From: a virus
Taxonomy: Duplodnaviria; Caudoviricetes
Length of the DNA: 26,471 nucleotides
Strand: one strand, 5' to 3'
IMG/VR virus record: IMGVR_UViG_3300027689_000031
Span: 1-26,471 of that record
Shown here: piece by piece, positions 17,653 to 25,294 of the stretch
Layout of the letters: each line of letters begins with the position of its first letter
Position numbering within the stretch: position 1 is the first letter of the stretch
Program-made: the position numbers and the translations under genes
The notes under the pieces: model-generated
What the model saw: the letters and a program-made list of their open reading frames with translations, nothing else
Database searches by the model: none
What the model was told of the DNA's origin: nothing

Positions 17653-19392
17653 TTAAAAAATGCCAAACGCTATGCCGTTGCCAGTGCCAGCAGGCAGTGT
17701 AGCTGGGTTGGTATATTTAGTGCCAAAGCCAGAACCAACACTCCACGGGTATGCGGTGACAAAAGGTGTTAAGTTGTGCGCTACGGCAATGGCATCACCA
17801 CCGCGGCTGAACGCTATGTTGTTGGCGTCGCTAGCAGGCAGTGTAGCTGGGTTAGTGTATTTAGTGCCAAAACTTGAACCGCTCCACGGGTATGCAGAAA
17901 TAAAAGGTGTTGTGTTGTGCGCTACGGCGATGACATTGCCAGCAGGACTGAACGCTACGCCGTTGCAAATGCCAGCAGGCAGCGTAGCTGGGTTAGCGTA
18001 TTTAGTACCAAAGCCAGAACCAACACTCCACGGGTATACAGAAACAAAAGGTGATACGAGGTGCGATACAGCTATGGCGTCGCTCGCAGGACTAAAAGCT
18101 ACATTTGTGCCTTGGCCCGTAGGCAGCGTAGCTGGGTTGGTATATTTAGTGCCAAAGCCAGTGCTAACGTTAAACGGGTAGGCAGAGACAAAGGGTGATG
18201 TGTCGTGCGCTACGGCGATAGCATTCCCTGCGGGGCTGAAAGCTACGCCAGTGCCAGCGCCTGTAGGCACCGTAGCTGGGTTGGTATACTTGGTACCAAA
18301 GCCAGTGCTGGCGTTAAAAGGGTAAGCAGAAATGCGTGGTGATACGTCGTGCGCTACAGCGATGGCGTCACTAGCAGCACTAAAAGCTACCTCAAAGCCA
18401 AGGCCAGTAGGCAGTGTAGCTGGGTTGGTATATTTAGTGCCAAAACTTAAACCGCTCCAAGGATAAGCAGTGACGAAAGGAGTTGTGTCGTGCGCTACGG
18501 CAATAGCATCGCCAGCAAGACTAAAGGCTACGCCGTAGCTGGTGCCAGTAGGCAGTGTAGCTGGGTCGGTATATTTAATACCAAAACCAGTACTGACGTT
18601 AAACGGGTAGGCAGAAACAAAGGGTGTTGTGTTGTGCGCTACGGCAATAGAGTCAGACGCCGCCGCGCTGCCTGTTTGGTATAAATAGTTTGCCATCCAT
18701 TTGGTTGCGGTAACTTTAATGCACATGAGCGTGTTATTTGCGGCGACTGCAAGCGTCCCTGTTGTTCCCGCACCAAAAACAAGTGTATCACTGTTTATTG
18801 CTACGGTTACAAACGTACCGCTGTTTTCTACTGTAAACAATACTACCGTGCCGATAGGAAACGCGACGCTGGCGTTTGATGGGATAGTGTATTTGCGTGG
18901 AGTGGTGTCGGCCACAGGGTGAAATATCTGCTTGCCTGCGTCACTAATAACCAGCGTGTAGTTTGCTGATTGGATGTTTTGCGGGTAGGCCACTGCTGCC
19001 GCTGAAGACGCCCACGATGTACCGTTGCTGACAAGTACGTTACCTGATGCGCCGGGCGCAACAGTCGAAACAGCAGACGTACCATTCCCGATCAGGACGT
19101 TGTTAGCTGTAAGTGTGGCTACGCCGGTGCCGCCCGACGCAACACCAAGTGCGGTGGTAAGCGTCGTAGTGCCTGTGACGGCAAAGTTGTTAGGTATAGT
19201 AACATCGCCCGCAGACGTAACGGAAATAGGCAACTCTTGCACCGCGCCTGCGCCTGACGTATCTCGGCCAAGAACTTTACCCGCAGCCGCTGTCAATACG
19301 TGTTCTTGGTTCCAGTTGGATGGCTGGACAATCGTTGCGTCGGCGCTATCAACTTTAGCAGACTGAAAGGTATGTTTAAGGCTTACGGTCAT
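17653..19392 (-). CDS. Fibre/receptor-binding protein with C-terminal 7-bladed beta-propeller
   Basis: Fibre motifs (LGVASGGTGV, LTANNVLIGNGT, GASGNVLVSNGTSW), then seven 47-48-aa repeats IAVAHxxxPFxxAYPW...FGTKYxNPATLPxG...VAFS. Confidence 0.75.
   Translation of the reverse strand: MTVSLKHTFQSAKVDSADATIVQPSNWNQEHVLTAAAGKVLGRDTSGAGAVQELPISVTSAGDVTIPNNFAVTGTTTLTTALGVASGGTGVATLTANNVLIGNGTSAVSTVAPGASGNVLVSNGTSWASSAAAVAYPQNIQSANYTLVISDAGKQIFHPVADTTPRKYTIPSNASVAFPIGTVVLFTVENSGTFVTVAINSDTLVFGAGTTGTLAVAANNTLMCIKVTATKWMANYLYQTGSAAASDSIAVAHNTTPFVSAYPFNVSTGFGIKYTDPATLPTGTSYGVAFSLAGDAIAVAHDTTPFVTAYPWSGLSFGTKYTNPATLPTGLGFEVAFSAASDAIAVAHDVSPRISAYPFNASTGFGTKYTNPATVPTGAGTGVAFSPAGNAIAVAHDTSPFVSAYPFNVSTGFGTKYTNPATLPTGQGTNVAFSPASDAIAVSHLVSPFVSVYPWSVGSGFGTKYANPATLPAGICNGVAFSPAGNVIAVAHNTTPFISAYPWSGSSFGTKYTNPATLPASDANNIAFSRGGDAIAVAHNLTPFVTAYPWSVGSGFGTKYTNPATLPAGTGNGIAFGIF
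17660..18655 (-). repeat. Seven tandem ~141-144-bp coding repeats (propeller blades)
   Basis: Recurring DNA GTAGCTGGGTT...TAGTGCCAAA and GTGCGCTACGGC on the + strand. Confidence 0.9.
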
Positions 19393-21647
19393 TACATCAT
19401 TCCTTCAGGTGGCATCTCAGGCATACCGCCCGTATCTTGCATTGGTTGCTGCGGAGGCATTTCTTCGGTCATTTCAGGTTGCTCACGCATTTCTTCAATC
19501 ATTTGAGGTTGCTCACGCATTTCTGGTGATCCGCTAATCAAATCACCTGTATCCAATGCGCCTGCAATCGTCCCCATGACAATATCCTGAATTTGCTCTT
19601 CTGTCATCCCCGCTTGCATGGCGCTGATGCGTTTTGTTTCTGCATCGTAGGCGTCTACCTGTGCCTTGTATTCCTTGATGTCTACTTCACGCTTCGCAAC
19701 GTCTGCCTGCACGCCTTCAATAATATCGACCATGCGGTTCAGTTCTTGCGCCATAACTTCCATTTGCTCTTGTGCAGCAGCCATTTCAGGCGACTCTTCG
19801 TCGGTAGCCAGTACCTTGGGATCAAGGATTTTCTTAAACCGTTCCGCCATTTCCTGCGCGCCGGGCCAATCCATGTTCTTGACAAACAAATCACCGGCAA
19901 CAGACCAAAGTTCTGGGTTAGACTGCAAAATCTGGCTCATGGCGTCGAGTGCTTCTTGACGCTTGGTCATGTAGCCGGGGCCAGTAGTGACCATAACGTC
20001 ATATGTACCAATGCCGGGGTTGTAAATCTTTTCAATCAACGCGCCGGTTTCGTCACGCACTTCCGTAACAGCTTCTTCCTGCGACGGGTCCATTTTGACC
20101 ATGCTAACTTCGCCATCAGCACCAATGATGCGTGCGATGCGTTGCGTGTCGTAGATTTTAGGGATCATATCGACGATTTGGCGCGTGATGTAGCGAATTG
20201 CCCGCGCAAGGTTGTCAACGTAGTGATACGTGCCGACATCGCCCTGCTTTTCGCGTGCGACGATAGCTTTTGCAGACCGTTCGTTGCCTTGCTCGCCCAA
20301 CGACGCATCGTACTGGCCGGTTGTGGCCTTGATGTCCTCTCCAGCGCCCATTTTAGCCTGTATCAGACCTGTTTGGGGCAGCGGTGGCTGTGCGCGCATA
20401 GGCAGCGGGAGAACGCCTCCAGCGCCGTCTGTAACGTCTGGGTTGACTTCCAAATACGGCCAGTTGGTCGTGTTGGCAGTCTTCCACTGGTTTTCGTAGC
20501 CTTCAAATTGGCCGCCATAACCGATAAATGGCGCTTTAGGCGCCAATGCAAGCATTTCTGCCTCTTGGCTGGTCCAGTAGTTGTACATACGCTGGGCGTC
20601 TTTGGCGTTACGCACAAGACCAGAGATGTATATCTGTCCGTCAACTTCCCATTCGTTGCCGATTACGCGCACGACAGGAATATATTTGCCTGACCATTCG
20701 CGCTCGTCAAGAATGTCATAGCCATTGGTCTTCATCCACATGACTTTTTTTCGGTCCACTTTGCGTGTGCGAAGCGGTTTGCCGTACATGTTTTTAAGTT
20801 CTTTGTCTTCCGGCGAGTTAGCCTTGGCAGTCTGGTTATTTGGGTACAGATGCAGCGTTTCGGAGTCGTAGACGTTGTAAAAATACTCCGCGATGCGGAT
20901 TGTATCTTCTTGTAGCCACGACGAAATGCCCTGATCACCGACGCCTTGGCTATATAATGTGCTAATTGGCGATGCGTCAGGAAACAAACGCTCATATTCT
21001 GACTTTAGTATATCTTCAGTGATAAAGCAGTATTCGGCATCTGAGCCGCATGGGTCTTGGATAGTGGGGTCCATGTAAACACTAAATGAGTTACGGACGC
21101 GGCCAATCTTGATGTCTTGGTCAAACGTATCGTCGTTGCAATACTCAGTCAGCAGACGGATGTAACCTTCGCCGTAAGTGACTTGGTTGTCGCAGGCTGT
21201 GTCATACGCAACGTCGGCATCTGACATATACTCAATGTGGCGCACCACACCGTTAAATATCTCGGCTACCTGTACGTCAGCGTTGTCATCCGCGGGTATT
21301 ACTTTACCGTTTGGCCGGTTCTGTCGCTGCTCGTTTGTTACCTGACGGACGTGCTGTGGCAGCTTGTTGATTGTCAGGCATGGACGTGCGTTGATAGCCT
21401 GTCCTTGCACGCTGCCGCGTGTTGACAACACGTCAGCCGGCCACTGCCACTGGTTGTCAGGGCTGCCAGCCATAAAGCGTAGATCGTCTAGTTCGTCCTC
21501 ACGGCTATCTGAATACGCAGCCTGCGTCATCGTAAGACGGCTACGCATAGTAGCCATCTTATCGTGATCGTCGCGCGTTGTCTTAGGCGCGTTCGATCCT
21601 ACGTTGGCGACTTTGCCTGCCGCTTCAATGCCTGTGGGGTCGGCCAT
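19392..21647 (-). CDS. Portal protein, P22 gp1-like
   Basis: DDLRFMAG...QW, RPCLTINKL, GEGYIRL, GLVRNAKDAQRMYNY, YDVMVTTGPGYMTKRQEA; coiled-coil barrel and low-complexity C-terminal tail. Confidence 0.92.
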   Translation of the reverse strand: MADPTGIEAAGKVANVGSNAPKTTRDDHDKMATMRSRLTMTQAAYSDSREDELDDLRFMAGSPDNQWQWPADVLSTRGSVQGQAINARPCLTINKLPQHVRQVTNEQRQNRPNGKVIPADDNADVQVAEIFNGVVRHIEYMSDADVAYDTACDNQVTYGEGYIRLLTEYCNDDTFDQDIKIGRVRNSFSVYMDPTIQDPCGSDAEYCFITEDILKSEYERLFPDASPISTLYSQGVGDQGISSWLQEDTIRIAEYFYNVYDSETLHLYPNNQTAKANSPEDKELKNMYGKPLRTRKVDRKKVMWMKTNGYDILDEREWSGKYIPVVRVIGNEWEVDGQIYISGLVRNAKDAQRMYNYWTSQEAEMLALAPKAPFIGYGGQFEGYENQWKTANTTNWPYLEVNPDVTDGAGGVLPLPMRAQPPLPQTGLIQAKMGAGEDIKATTGQYDASLGEQGNERSAKAIVAREKQGDVGTYHYVDNLARAIRYITRQIVDMIPKIYDTQRIARIIGADGEVSMVKMDPSQEEAVTEVRDETGALIEKIYNPGIGTYDVMVTTGPGYMTKRQEALDAMSQILQSNPELWSVAGDLFVKNMDWPGAQEMAERFKKILDPKVLATDEESPEMAAAQEQMEVMAQELNRMVDIIEGVQADVAKREVDIKEYKAQVDAYDAETKRISAMQAGMTEEQIQDIVMGTIAGALDTGDLISGSPEMREQPQMIEEMREQPEMTEEMPPQQPMQDTGGMPEMPPEGMM

Positions 21648-21650
21648 AAA

Positions 21651-21788
21651 TTATTTCTTGCCTTTGCTGGCGGCGCGCTTCACGCTATATGCGATGGCGA
21701 CGGCTTGTTTCACAGGTTTACCCGCATTTACTTCCGCTTTGATGTTCTTGCGGAACGCAGCTTTGCTGGGTGACTTACTAAGAGGCAT
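21651..21788 (-). CDS. 45-aa basic protein not in the ORF track (MPLSKSPSKAAFRKNIKAEVNAGKPVKQAVAIAYSVKRAASKGKK)
   Basis: Translated by hand; fills the gap between the 21791 ORF and the portal with 2-3-nt spacers. Confidence 0.8.
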   Translation of the reverse strand: MPLSKSPSKAAFRKNIKAEVNAGKPVKQAVAIAYSVKRAASKGKK

Positions 21789-21790
21789 GA

Positions 21791-22153
21791 TTAACGCTTT
21801 TTACCCATTGGCGATGACTTCATGTTTGTAGTAGTGCGGATAATTTGCGGGCCGCGGACACTTGGCTTAGGGCCACCAATAGCTCCCAAGCCTGTTTTGA
21901 TGCGAGGGACAGAGCTTGGCTTAGGGCCACCAATAGCTCCCAAGCCTGTTTTGACACGAGGGATAGGGCTTGGCTTAGGGCCACTAATAGCTCCCAAGCC
22001 TGTTTTGATGCGAGGGACAGAGCTTGGCTTAGGGCCACTAGTAACTCCCAAGCCTGTTTTGATGCGGGGGCCAATGTCTGCACCTCTTCTTACTCCACCG
22101 CGCACTGGCGCTGAAGGTAATGTAGGGCCTCTATATCCGGGAGGGTATTTCAT
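21791..22153 (-). CDS. Basic Pro/Gly/Lys/Arg-rich protein with four 18-aa repeats
   Basis: SD AAAGGT, 1-2-nt spacing to neighbours, repeats PRIKTGLGAIxGPKPSxx. Confidence 0.6.
   Translation of the reverse strand: MKYPPGYRGPTLPSAPVRGGVRRGADIGPRIKTGLGVTSGPKPSSVPRIKTGLGAISGPKPSPIPRVKTGLGAIGGPKPSSVPRIKTGLGAIGGPKPSVRGPQIIRTTTNMKSSPMGKKR
21861..22070. repeat. 54-bp tandem repeat, ~3.9 copies
   Basis: Units start at 21861, 21915, 21969 and 22023 (CTTGGCTTAGGGCCACYARTARCTCCCAAGCCTGTTTTGA...). Confidence 0.95.
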
Positions 22154-22154
22154 G

Positions 22155-22409
22155 TTACTTACCTTTCTTAGTCGGTTTGGCTGTTAACGGTTTAGCAGGC
22201 ATTTTAACTGTTGGCGTTTTAGCTGGCTTGCTTGGTGGTGCCATTCGCAATAGTGCTGAGCGAGCGCCGGCGGGGCTTGTCGTGCCTTCGCGCTTCGTAA
22301 TCTTTTCAGCGGCTGCCTTGCGGGCTGGGTCGCGGTTAGCAATCGCAGCTTTCTCAGATGCTACAGTACCGGTTTTGTACAGGCTGCGCGTATATTTGTT
22401 GGCTGGCAT
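22155..22409 (-). CDS. Small Lys/Ala/Pro-rich basic protein (H1-tail-like composition)
   Basis: 84 aa, PSKPAKTPTVKMPAKPLTAKPTKKGK; abuts both neighbours. Confidence 0.7.
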   Translation of the reverse strand: MPANKYTRSLYKTGTVASEKAAIANRDPARKAAAEKITKREGTTSPAGARSALLRMAPPSKPAKTPTVKMPAKPLTAKPTKKGK

Positions 22410-22574
22410 TTACTTACCCTTCTTAGTTGGCTTGGCCGTCTTGGCGCTTTCTTTGAAATCTTTAGCTGTAGGGGCGCCCTTGGCGCCTACCTTACGCATT
22501 TTCTCGCCTGAACCGGCAGCGATGCGTTCGCGCTTGGCGTTGATGTTAGCGTACAGACCCTTTTTGGCTGCCAT
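22410..22574 (-). CDS. Small basic protein (54 aa)
   Basis: MAAKKGLYANINAKRERIAAGSGEKMRKVGAKGAPTAKDFKESAKTAK; starts 2 nt after the TerL stop. Confidence 0.75.
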   Translation of the reverse strand: MAAKKGLYANINAKRERIAAGSGEKMRKVGAKGAPTAKDFKESAKTAKPTKKGK

Positions 22575-22576
22575 GG

Positions 22577-24112
22577 TCAAGACCCCATCCATGATGTAGA
22601 AATTCCTGCGGGAGAATAGCCTCTTGTGCGATGCTTGTCAACGCGTGTCAGACGCGGATCAGTAGATGCTACAGGAAATGCGAACGTGACCGCTATGGCG
22701 TCCGCTGCGTCTGGCGAGGCCAGCCCGCGTGACTTCATATCTTTCTTGCTTTCTAGGAACAGCGTACCCCTGCTGTCAGGCTTAGTCTTGGGGCTGATGA
22801 GGTCTGTCTTCAGGAACCTGTCTGTCGGGATGTGGCCCGTCCTGAGCCAGTCACGCATGGCACCCCACATCTCTGCGCGCTTGTTGCCCCACATCGTCTG
22901 GTTTTTAGCCTTGTTGCCAAAGTTCACGCCGCGTATTTTGTACCGCTGCTCCTTCAGCCTATCCACGACGCCTGCGCCTAGCCCGCCTTCGTCGATGCAG
23001 ACCAGCGCCGGCTGGAACTGCTCTATGGCGTCGATGACGTATCCTGCCACTTCCATCGTGTCCGCGCCGCGGTGTCTCCGCAACTCTAGGATGTCACGGC
23101 CCTGCCGTATGGCGATGACCGTAGCGTCAGCCCCGAACCGTGCCGGGTCTACACCTATGACGATGGGCGCGCTGCTGTCCTTGGCTGCTGGCCGCTTCAT
23201 GGCATCATCGACCAGATTGCTGCCGATGAACTGATCGTCGCCTTCTGACGGGAACGCGCCGTACACTTCGACACTGGCTTGGTAGCTGTCTGGCCCGTAC
23301 TCATCTATAATGCGCTGGTACAGGTTTTTATCTGTACCCTCTACATCGCGTGCGTCGATGACGCGTGTTGACCAGAACGCCCGCTTGCTGTGGAACGTTT
23401 CGTAAAAATAGCCTGTGTTGCGCCGCGGGTTGGAAAACGCCAAATGGAACCGATGCGGCGTATTCTCTGTGAAGAACCCGTCACTCACCGACCAGATGCT
23501 GTCGGGTATACCGCTGGCTTCGTCGAATATGAGCATCACACCGTCGAAGTTGTGGACACCAGCGTAGGCGTCTGGGTTCTCTTCGGACCACAGCCGGCCT
23601 TCGACTGACCAGTAGCGCGTACCTTTCTTAAGGTCACGCTCGACCAGTTCCGTCAGCCACTTGGCTGGCATGATGCGTGTGGCAGCTATCTCAAACCAGT
23701 GACTGTTGAGCGACATCGCCAGCCACTTAGTAATTTCTGCCCATGTGACTGACCGCAACTGCGCCTCGGAGTTTGCCGACACGATGGTGGTCGATCCGAT
23801 CCTGCTGGATAGCATCCATATCGTTAGCCATGACACTAAGGCTGACTTGCCGATACCGCGTCCTGACGCTGTCGCCATGCGCGCGGTGTCAAAGTCAACC
23901 TTACCGTTGTTTGCTTTGATGTGGTCACGCAGGTCAGCTAGTATCTGACGTTGCCATTTACGCGGGCCGGGGAAGTGTTCCAGCGGCGTGCCAGCCTGCC
24001 CCCACGGGAATGTGTACAGTACGAACGCTAGTGGGTCATCCTTCAGCGTCGGCGACCACAACCTTGCCATCAACTCCATCTCGTCTTGGGCTGAATATAT
24101 CGGTGCTTGCAT
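22577..24112 (-). CDS. terL: Terminase large subunit
   Basis: Walker A ASGRGIGKS, Walker B MLIFDEASG, coupling motif FSNP; nuclease IGVDPARFGAD, IDEGGLGAG, SPDAADA. Confidence 0.95.
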   Translation of the reverse strand: MQAPIYSAQDEMELMARLWSPTLKDDPLAFVLYTFPWGQAGTPLEHFPGPRKWQRQILADLRDHIKANNGKVDFDTARMATASGRGIGKSALVSWLTIWMLSSRIGSTTIVSANSEAQLRSVTWAEITKWLAMSLNSHWFEIAATRIMPAKWLTELVERDLKKGTRYWSVEGRLWSEENPDAYAGVHNFDGVMLIFDEASGIPDSIWSVSDGFFTENTPHRFHLAFSNPRRNTGYFYETFHSKRAFWSTRVIDARDVEGTDKNLYQRIIDEYGPDSYQASVEVYGAFPSEGDDQFIGSNLVDDAMKRPAAKDSSAPIVIGVDPARFGADATVIAIRQGRDILELRRHRGADTMEVAGYVIDAIEQFQPALVCIDEGGLGAGVVDRLKEQRYKIRGVNFGNKAKNQTMWGNKRAEMWGAMRDWLRTGHIPTDRFLKTDLISPKTKPDSRGTLFLESKKDMKSRGLASPDAADAIAVTFAFPVASTDPRLTRVDKHRTRGYSPAGISTSWMGS

Positions 24113-24536
24113 GGTATGTGTTGTCCTCTAGTCGGGGCAGTTCTGTGTACAGCCCTTCGATGACGCGCGTCTGTGCTTTTTCCAGCGCGCCTGTGATACT
24201 TATCTGTTGGTCGATGTTTACGTCGATCTGCTGCTTGGCTACCCAGCCGTGGTTGTGCTTCAGTATGTCGAGTGCTGCCTTAGCGTCGCCATCGCGTGCT
24301 GCTTCGTACATGGTCTTGGCCGCAGTCATCTCGCCATCAGCCCTGCCCTTGATCTCAGCCATCTCGACCAGTGGGTCAGCGTCGGCTAACACGCGGAACT
24401 GCCGCGGTGTCATGCCAGCGGCCATAGCGAGGCTGTCACCCTTTAGCCCGTAGCGCGCAGCTTCATAGATAGACTCCAGCCGCGACTCGGTGGCTTGCAC
24501 CCGCTCTGGTGTAAATGGCAGTGAGTAGAAAGTCAT
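24036..24536 (-). CDS. terS: Terminase small subunit (probable)
   Basis: Directly upstream of and overlapping terL; HTH-like GDSLAMAAGMTPRQF, GDAKAALDILKHNHGW, IDVNIDQQISIT. Start MTFYSL at 24536 preferred over 24602. Confidence 0.7.
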   Translation of the reverse strand: MTFYSLPFTPERVQATESRLESIYEAARYGLKGDSLAMAAGMTPRQFRVLADADPLVEMAEIKGRADGEMTAAKTMYEAARDGDAKAALDILKHNHGWVAKQQIDVNIDQQISITGALEKAQTRVIEGLYTELPRLEDNTYHASTDIFSPRRDGVDGKVVVADAEG

Positions 24537-24543
24537 TGGTCGT

Positions 24544-24572
24544 ACAATAATCCAAAGGATGCAGATACGCAA
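24544..24572 (-). promoter_or_regulatory. Sigma70-type promoter for the late operon, probably leaderless
   Basis: Minus strand TTGCGT-17 nt-TATTGT-7 nt-ATG of terS; no SD present. Confidence 0.5.
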
Positions 24573-24902
24573 CAGGCTTTGATGCGGGTGGCTTTTTTGC
24601 ATCTACAAATAATAAAAAAATAAAAATTGTTTGCGATCCCTCCCGCGCGCGCGCACCGCGGCCACGGCCCTACCCACCCCCCTCTGGCAAATTGCCAGAA
24701 ACGGATTGCAGCATAGCTAGCGCGGATTGCGCTGGCTTTGCTGCGCTGCGTTGGCGCGCGTAGTTTGCACGCTGCGTTTAGCGCGCTGGGATTAGAAATG
24801 GCCTTTGCTTGTGGCTAGTGCGAGCGGTTCGCAATAACACATTGCTAGCTAGCTGCGTTGGCCCATTGCCATTTGGCCATGTTGCACTGCAACATTTTAT
24901 TA

Positions 24903-25294
24903 GGACGTCATATTGCCATGCGTTTACAAGTCACCCGTAAACACTTTACGTCTACGTAAAGCGCGGGTCATTAGGGCTTGCCCTCAAACTGTATTAGTCG
25001 ACTAACAGACGTCATTTTTTTGCAAACGGCAACCGCTCGTAAAAGCACGTTTCAGCATCCTATATATACCCATTTTTTAAAACCTGACTTTAAACAAATA
25101 TAATGGCAATATGACAATTAAGGATTACAAACCGCGCATTTCTGCCAGTAATTCGGACGTCATTTGCTGTTGAATAATGACGTCCCTAATGACGTCCGAT
25201 GACGTCCATTTTGTGTAAGTTATCCACAGATTTATTTACGCTCTAACCGGTTGTCATTTGGGACGTCATTTGGTGGTCATTTGGACGTCATTTG
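24903..25294. repeat. Cluster of eight GACGTC-core repeats (GGACGTCATT / AATGACGTCC) with a DnaA box; candidate origin or operator array
   Basis: GACGTC at 24904, 25008, 25156, 25179, 25191, 25201, 25262 and 25284; TTATCCACA at 25220-25228. Confidence 0.75.

Noticed and set aside
17660-18655. Propeller repeats as DGR template/variable repeats
   Set aside because: All copies are in-frame coding blades, differences are not obviously adenine-specific, and no reverse transcriptase is in the window.
19465-19525. 30-bp duplication (EMREQP x2) in the portal C-terminus
   Set aside because: Ordinary slippage in a low-complexity disordered portal tail.
19593-20693. 366-aa plus-strand ORF and other long antisense ORFs (e.g. 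3183-3785, 17660-18181, 22626-23234)
   Set aside because: They are shadows of well-supported minus-strand genes, with no recognisable motifs or ribosome-binding sites.
21861-22070. 54-bp repeats as a CRISPR array
   Set aside because: The linkers are near-identical rather than unique spacers, and there are no cas genes in the window.
1201-22420. Recurrent C-terminal KGK/KKGK on many proteins as a targeting signal
   Set aside because: Largely explained by the next gene's Shine-Dalgarno (AAAGGN) overlapping the last codons; it also occurs on the endolysin and spanin. Only the longer AKPTKKGK identity was retained as notable.
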